A stretch of 64,000 nt of DNA, from NCBI GenBank assembly GCA_963842005.1, contig CAWJEV010000002.1, positions 981,484 to 1,045,483 of the forward strand, in the 5' to 3' direction. Below are positions 60,929 to 64,000 of the stretch, in pieces. Made by a program: the position numbers and the translations under genes. The notes below the pieces were generated by a model. That model saw only the letters and a program-made list of their open reading frames with translations, did not search any database and was not told where the DNA came from. Positions within the stretch are counted from its first letter, which is position 1. Each line of letters begins with the position of its first letter. Origin of the DNA: an uncultured Solirubrobacterales bacterium (GTDB lineage Bacteria; Actinomycetota; Thermoleophilia; Solirubrobacterales; Solirubrobacteraceae).

Positions 60929-62612
60929 CTACTCCGCCGCGAGCAGCCACCAGTAGGCGGGCTGGCCGCCGTGGCGTTGCTCGAGCTCGGCGTCGCCCAG
61001 GTCCCCGTCGAGCAGGGCCGCCACCGCGGCGGGGTCGAGCGGGGCGTCCTCGCCGGCGAGCACGCTGAGCAGCTCCGCCCCGTCGGCGAGTGCGGCGAGC
61101 ACCGCGCGCAGGGTCGCGGCGGGCTCGCCCCACGCGACCACCTCCTCGCCGAGGAAGCCCACCGCCTCGCCGGCCCGGAAGCGTCCCCGGAGGTCGTCGC
61201 GGGCGGCGGGAGCCACGGCGCCGGTGCGCACCCGCACGAGCGCCTCGTGGAGCGCCTGCGCGTTCTGCTCCAGCGGACGGTCCCCCAGCCAGCTCGACCG
61301 CGGCGGCGAGACCCGCCTGCTGGCTGAGGGCGGGCACCACGAGCACCTGCTTGTCGGAGAGCTCGGCGGCGCGCTCGGCGGCCATCACGTTGTTGGGTGA
61401 GTTGGGCAGCACGAGCACCTCCTCGGCGGGCACCTCGTGAATCGCGGCGAGCAGCTCGTAGGTGGAGGGGTTCAGCGTGGGGCCCCCGTCGAGGGTGTGG
61501 ACGCCGAGCTCGGCGAACATCGCCCTCAGCCCCTCGCCGCTGACGACCGCGACCGCGCCGCAGCGGGCGGGCGGCACGGCGTCCGAGCCGTGGTCCGGTG
61601 GGGGGCCGTCGAAAAGCCGCTGCTCGCGGTCGGCCACCTGGGCGTGCATGTCGGCGACGTCGAGGCGAGACACCTCACCTGCGCCGTCGAAGACGGCGGT
61701 CGCGTGTTCGGGCTCGTCGGTGTGGAGGTGCACCTTCACGGTCGCGGCGTCGCCGACGACGAGCACCGAGTCGCCGAGGGCCTCCAGCGGCGCGAGGAAG
61801 CGCTCCGGTTCGAGCGCGCTGCCGGTGACGGCGAAGTTGGTGCAGTAGCGGTAGGTGGAGGAGCTGTGCTCGGGGTGGTGGATGCGCGCCGGGGCGTAGT
61901 GGTCGAGCGGCGGCGGCGCGTCCCCGCGCAGCGCGGCGACCACGCCGGCGAAGAGGATCGTCAGCCCGTAGCCACCGGCGTCCACGACGCCGGCGTCGCG
62001 CAGCGCGGCCAGCAGCTCGGGGCCGCGCTTGACGGACTCCTGGCCGGCCGCCACCGCGCGCGTCAGGGTCGCGGCGATCGCGCGGTCCTGCTCCTCAGGC
62101 TCAGCGTCGGCGGGTACGCGGGTGCTCTCTGGGTCGCGCTCGAGGTCGGCCGCGAGCCGCTGGGCCATCTCGCGCGCGACGGTGAGGATCGTGCCCTCCG
62201 CGGGGTTGCGCACCGACGCGTACGCGCGGTCGGCGGCGTTCTCCAGGGCGGCGGCGATCAGCGCCGCGTCGATCAGCTCGCCGGGGCGCGAGACGAGCTC
62301 CTCGGCGGCGCCGCGGATCAGCTGGGAGAGGATCACGCCGGAGTTGCCGCGCGCGCCGAGCAGCGCGGCGCGGGCGACCGACTGCACGATCTCCTCGCGT
62401 CCGATCTCGTCGATCGTGCGCGTCTCGTCCGCCCCCTGCAGGCGGTCGAGCTCGGCGAGCACCGCGCGCAGCGTGAGCACCATGTTGTCGCCGGTGTCAC
62501 CGTCGGCGACGGGGAACACGTTGAGGTCGTTGACCTCCTGGCGGCGGGACTCCAGGTGCGCGAGCGCACCGGCGACGGCGGCGCGGAAGCGAAGCAGGTT
62601 GGTGTCGGTCAC
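60929..62612 (-). CDS. DAK2-domain fatty acid kinase subunit (FakA/YloV-like; frameshift near 61290)
   Basis: NDLNVFPVADGDTGDNM, ARGNSGVILSQ, VVDAGGYG, YCTNF and GGQPAYWWLLAAE motifs. Confidence 0.9.
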
Positions 62613-62620
62613 GGGGCCCG

Positions 62621-62812
62621 TCAGAGGGCCTTGACGACCTTGCTGGCCTTCAAGCAACGAGTGCATACGTATACGCGCCGCGGCGCCTTGCCGACCATGA
62701 TACGCACCTTCTGCAGGTTCGGATCGAACCGGCGCCTGGTGGCGACCATCGAGTGGCTGCGGCTGTTGCCGAACGCGGGGCCCTTGCCGCAGCTGTGGCA
62801 TACCTTGGCCAT
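62621..62812 (-). CDS. rpmB: 50S ribosomal protein L28
   Basis: MAKVCHSCGKGPAFGNSRSHS..TRRRFDPNLQ..CTRC. Confidence 0.96.
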   Translation of the reverse strand: MAKVCHSCGKGPAFGNSRSHSMVATRRRFDPNLQKVRIMVGKAPRRVYVCTRCLKASKVVKAL

Positions 62813-62823
62813 GGGGCGAGAGT

Positions 62824-63252
62824 CTAGCCGGTCAGAAGCTCCGTGCGCAGTGCAGCCATCCGCAGGACGGCCTCGGCGGCGTGGCGGCCCTGGTCGCGCT
62901 TTCCCCCGCCGGCGCGGGCGAGCGCCTGCTCCATCGTCTCGCAGGTGAGCACCCCGAAGGCGCAGGGTACGCCGGTGTCGAGCTGCACCCGCATGATCCC
63001 GCGCGCGGCCTCGGCGCAGACGTAGTCGTAGTGGCTCGTCTCGCCGCGAATCACCGCTCCCAGGCAGATCACACCGGCAAAACGGCCTGACTTCGCCGCG
63101 TAGCCGGCGGCGAGCGGCAGCTCGAAGGCGCCCGGCACGTCGAACACCTCCACCTGGGTGTGACCCGCCTCGGCGAGCGCCGCGCGCGCTCCCGCCTCGA
63201 GGCGCTCTGCCAGGTCCTCGTAGAAGCGACCGACGGCGAGGGCATAGGTCAT
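62824..63252 (-). CDS. ribH: 6,7-dimethyl-8-ribityllumazine synthase
   Basis: [23 protein letters not shown] and FGVLT motifs. Confidence 0.94.
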   Translation of the reverse strand: MTYALAVGRFYEDLAERLEAGARAALAEAGHTQVEVFDVPGAFELPLAAGYAAKSGRFAGVICLGAVIRGETSHYDYVCAEAARGIMRVQLDTGVPCAFGVLTCETMEQALARAGGGKRDQGRHAAEAVLRMAALRTELLTG

Positions 63253-64000
63253 CGTCCCTGCTCGCGGTCGTGCTCGCGCTCGGAGTGCAGCAGCTCCGCG
63301 TCGAGGTTGAGGCCCTGGTGGTGCAGGGTGTGGCCCATGCGCCGCGCCTTGGTGCGCAGGTAGGCGGTGTTGTGCTCGTTGGGGGCCTGCTCGATCGGGA
63401 CCTGCGCGGAGACCGACAGCCCGTAGCCCTCCAGCCCGCGAATCTTCTTGGGGTTGTTGGTGAGGATGCGGATCGAGGAGAGGCCGAGGTCGGAGAGGAT
63501 CTGCGCGCCGATCCCGTAGTCGCGCAGGTCGGCGGGCAGGCCGAGGCGCTCGTTGGCTTCGACGGTGTCGAGGCCGTCCTCCTGCAGACGGTAGGCGCGC
63601 AGCTTGTTCAGCAGGCCGATCCCACGGCCCTCCTGCGACAGATAGAGCAGCACCCCCTGCCCCTCGCGCTCGATCATCGCGAGCGCCGCTTCGAGCTGCT
63701 CGCCGCAGTCGCAGCGCAGCGAGTGGAAGACGTCGCCGGTGAGGCACTCCGAATGCACCCGCACGAGCACGTCGGGGCGCCCCGCCACCTCGCCCTTGAC
63801 GAGCGCCACGTGGTGCTTCTCGTCCACGAGCGAGCGGTAGCCGACGGCCTCGAACTCCCCGAAGGCGGTCGGCAGGCGCGTCGTGACGACGCGTTCCACG
63901 AGCCGGTCGTTGCGCCGGCGGTAGGCGATCAGGTCGGCGATCGTGACCAGCTTCAGCCCGTGGCGCTCGCAGAAGCCGGCGAGGTCGGGCACGCGCGCCA
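63249..64000 (-). CDS. ribBA: Bifunctional DHBP synthase/GTP cyclohydrolase II (5' part outside the window)
   Basis: [26 protein letters not shown] and LTNNPKK, preceded by the DHBP synthase C-terminus ([15 protein letters not shown]). Confidence 0.92.
   Translation of the reverse strand, partial: ARVPDLAGFCERHGLKLVTIADLIAYRRRNDRLVERVVTTRLPTAFGEFEAVGYRSLVDEKHHVALVKGEVAGRPDVLVRVHSECLTGDVFHSLRCDCGEQLEAALAMIEREGQGVLLYLSQEGRGIGLLNKLRAYRLQEDGLDTVEANERLGLPADLRDYGIGAQILSDLGLSSIRILTNNPKKIRGLEGYGLSVSAQVPIEQAPNEHNTAYLRTKARRMGHTLHHQGLNLDAELLHSEREHDREQGR

Noticed and set aside
58590-62612. Programmed frameshifting or pseudogenisation of recG and DAK2
   Set aside because: No slippery-site or stimulator evidence, both halves are otherwise intact, and similar indels occur throughout the window.

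Overview
High-GC bacterial chromosome segment. Gene content and the secreted paralog families suggest Actinomycetota, probably Thermoleophilia/Solirubrobacterales (inference, not searched). From 16.5 to 64 kb a mostly minus-strand housekeeping backbone runs ribBA-ribH-rpmB-DAK2-recG-rsmD-coaD ... yceD-rpmF-plsX-acpP-rnc-smc ... ftsY-NfeD-SPFH-ffh-rpsP-KH-rimM-trmD-rplS-lepB-rnhB ... thiD-ilvD ... xerC-whiG-EF-G-like. The accessory parts are: (1) 1-16.4 kb, a tandemly repeated cassette of uncharacterised secreted proteins (small subunit x3, propeller-like protein x2, large 4-repeat protein x2) with a duplicated EF-G 3' end; (2) a group II intron twintron, in which an ORF-less intron (7458-8216, perfect 7-nt EBS1/IBS1) sits in frame inside the RT gene of an outer intron (6923-9569); (3) two IS110-family (IS1111-like) elements whose 3' non-coding ends carry predicted bridge RNAs with guide segments that co-vary with each element's own target and donor sites. 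One of them is inserted in a hairpin repeat whose empty copy lies at 36544-36649; (4) an ~8.5-kb Rhs island between ftsY and smc, with twin NHL propellers inserted in the YD shell; (5) a small toxin-antitoxin island. Many single-base frameshifts, including in recG and DAK2, point to long-read indel errors, so frameshift-based claims are tentative.
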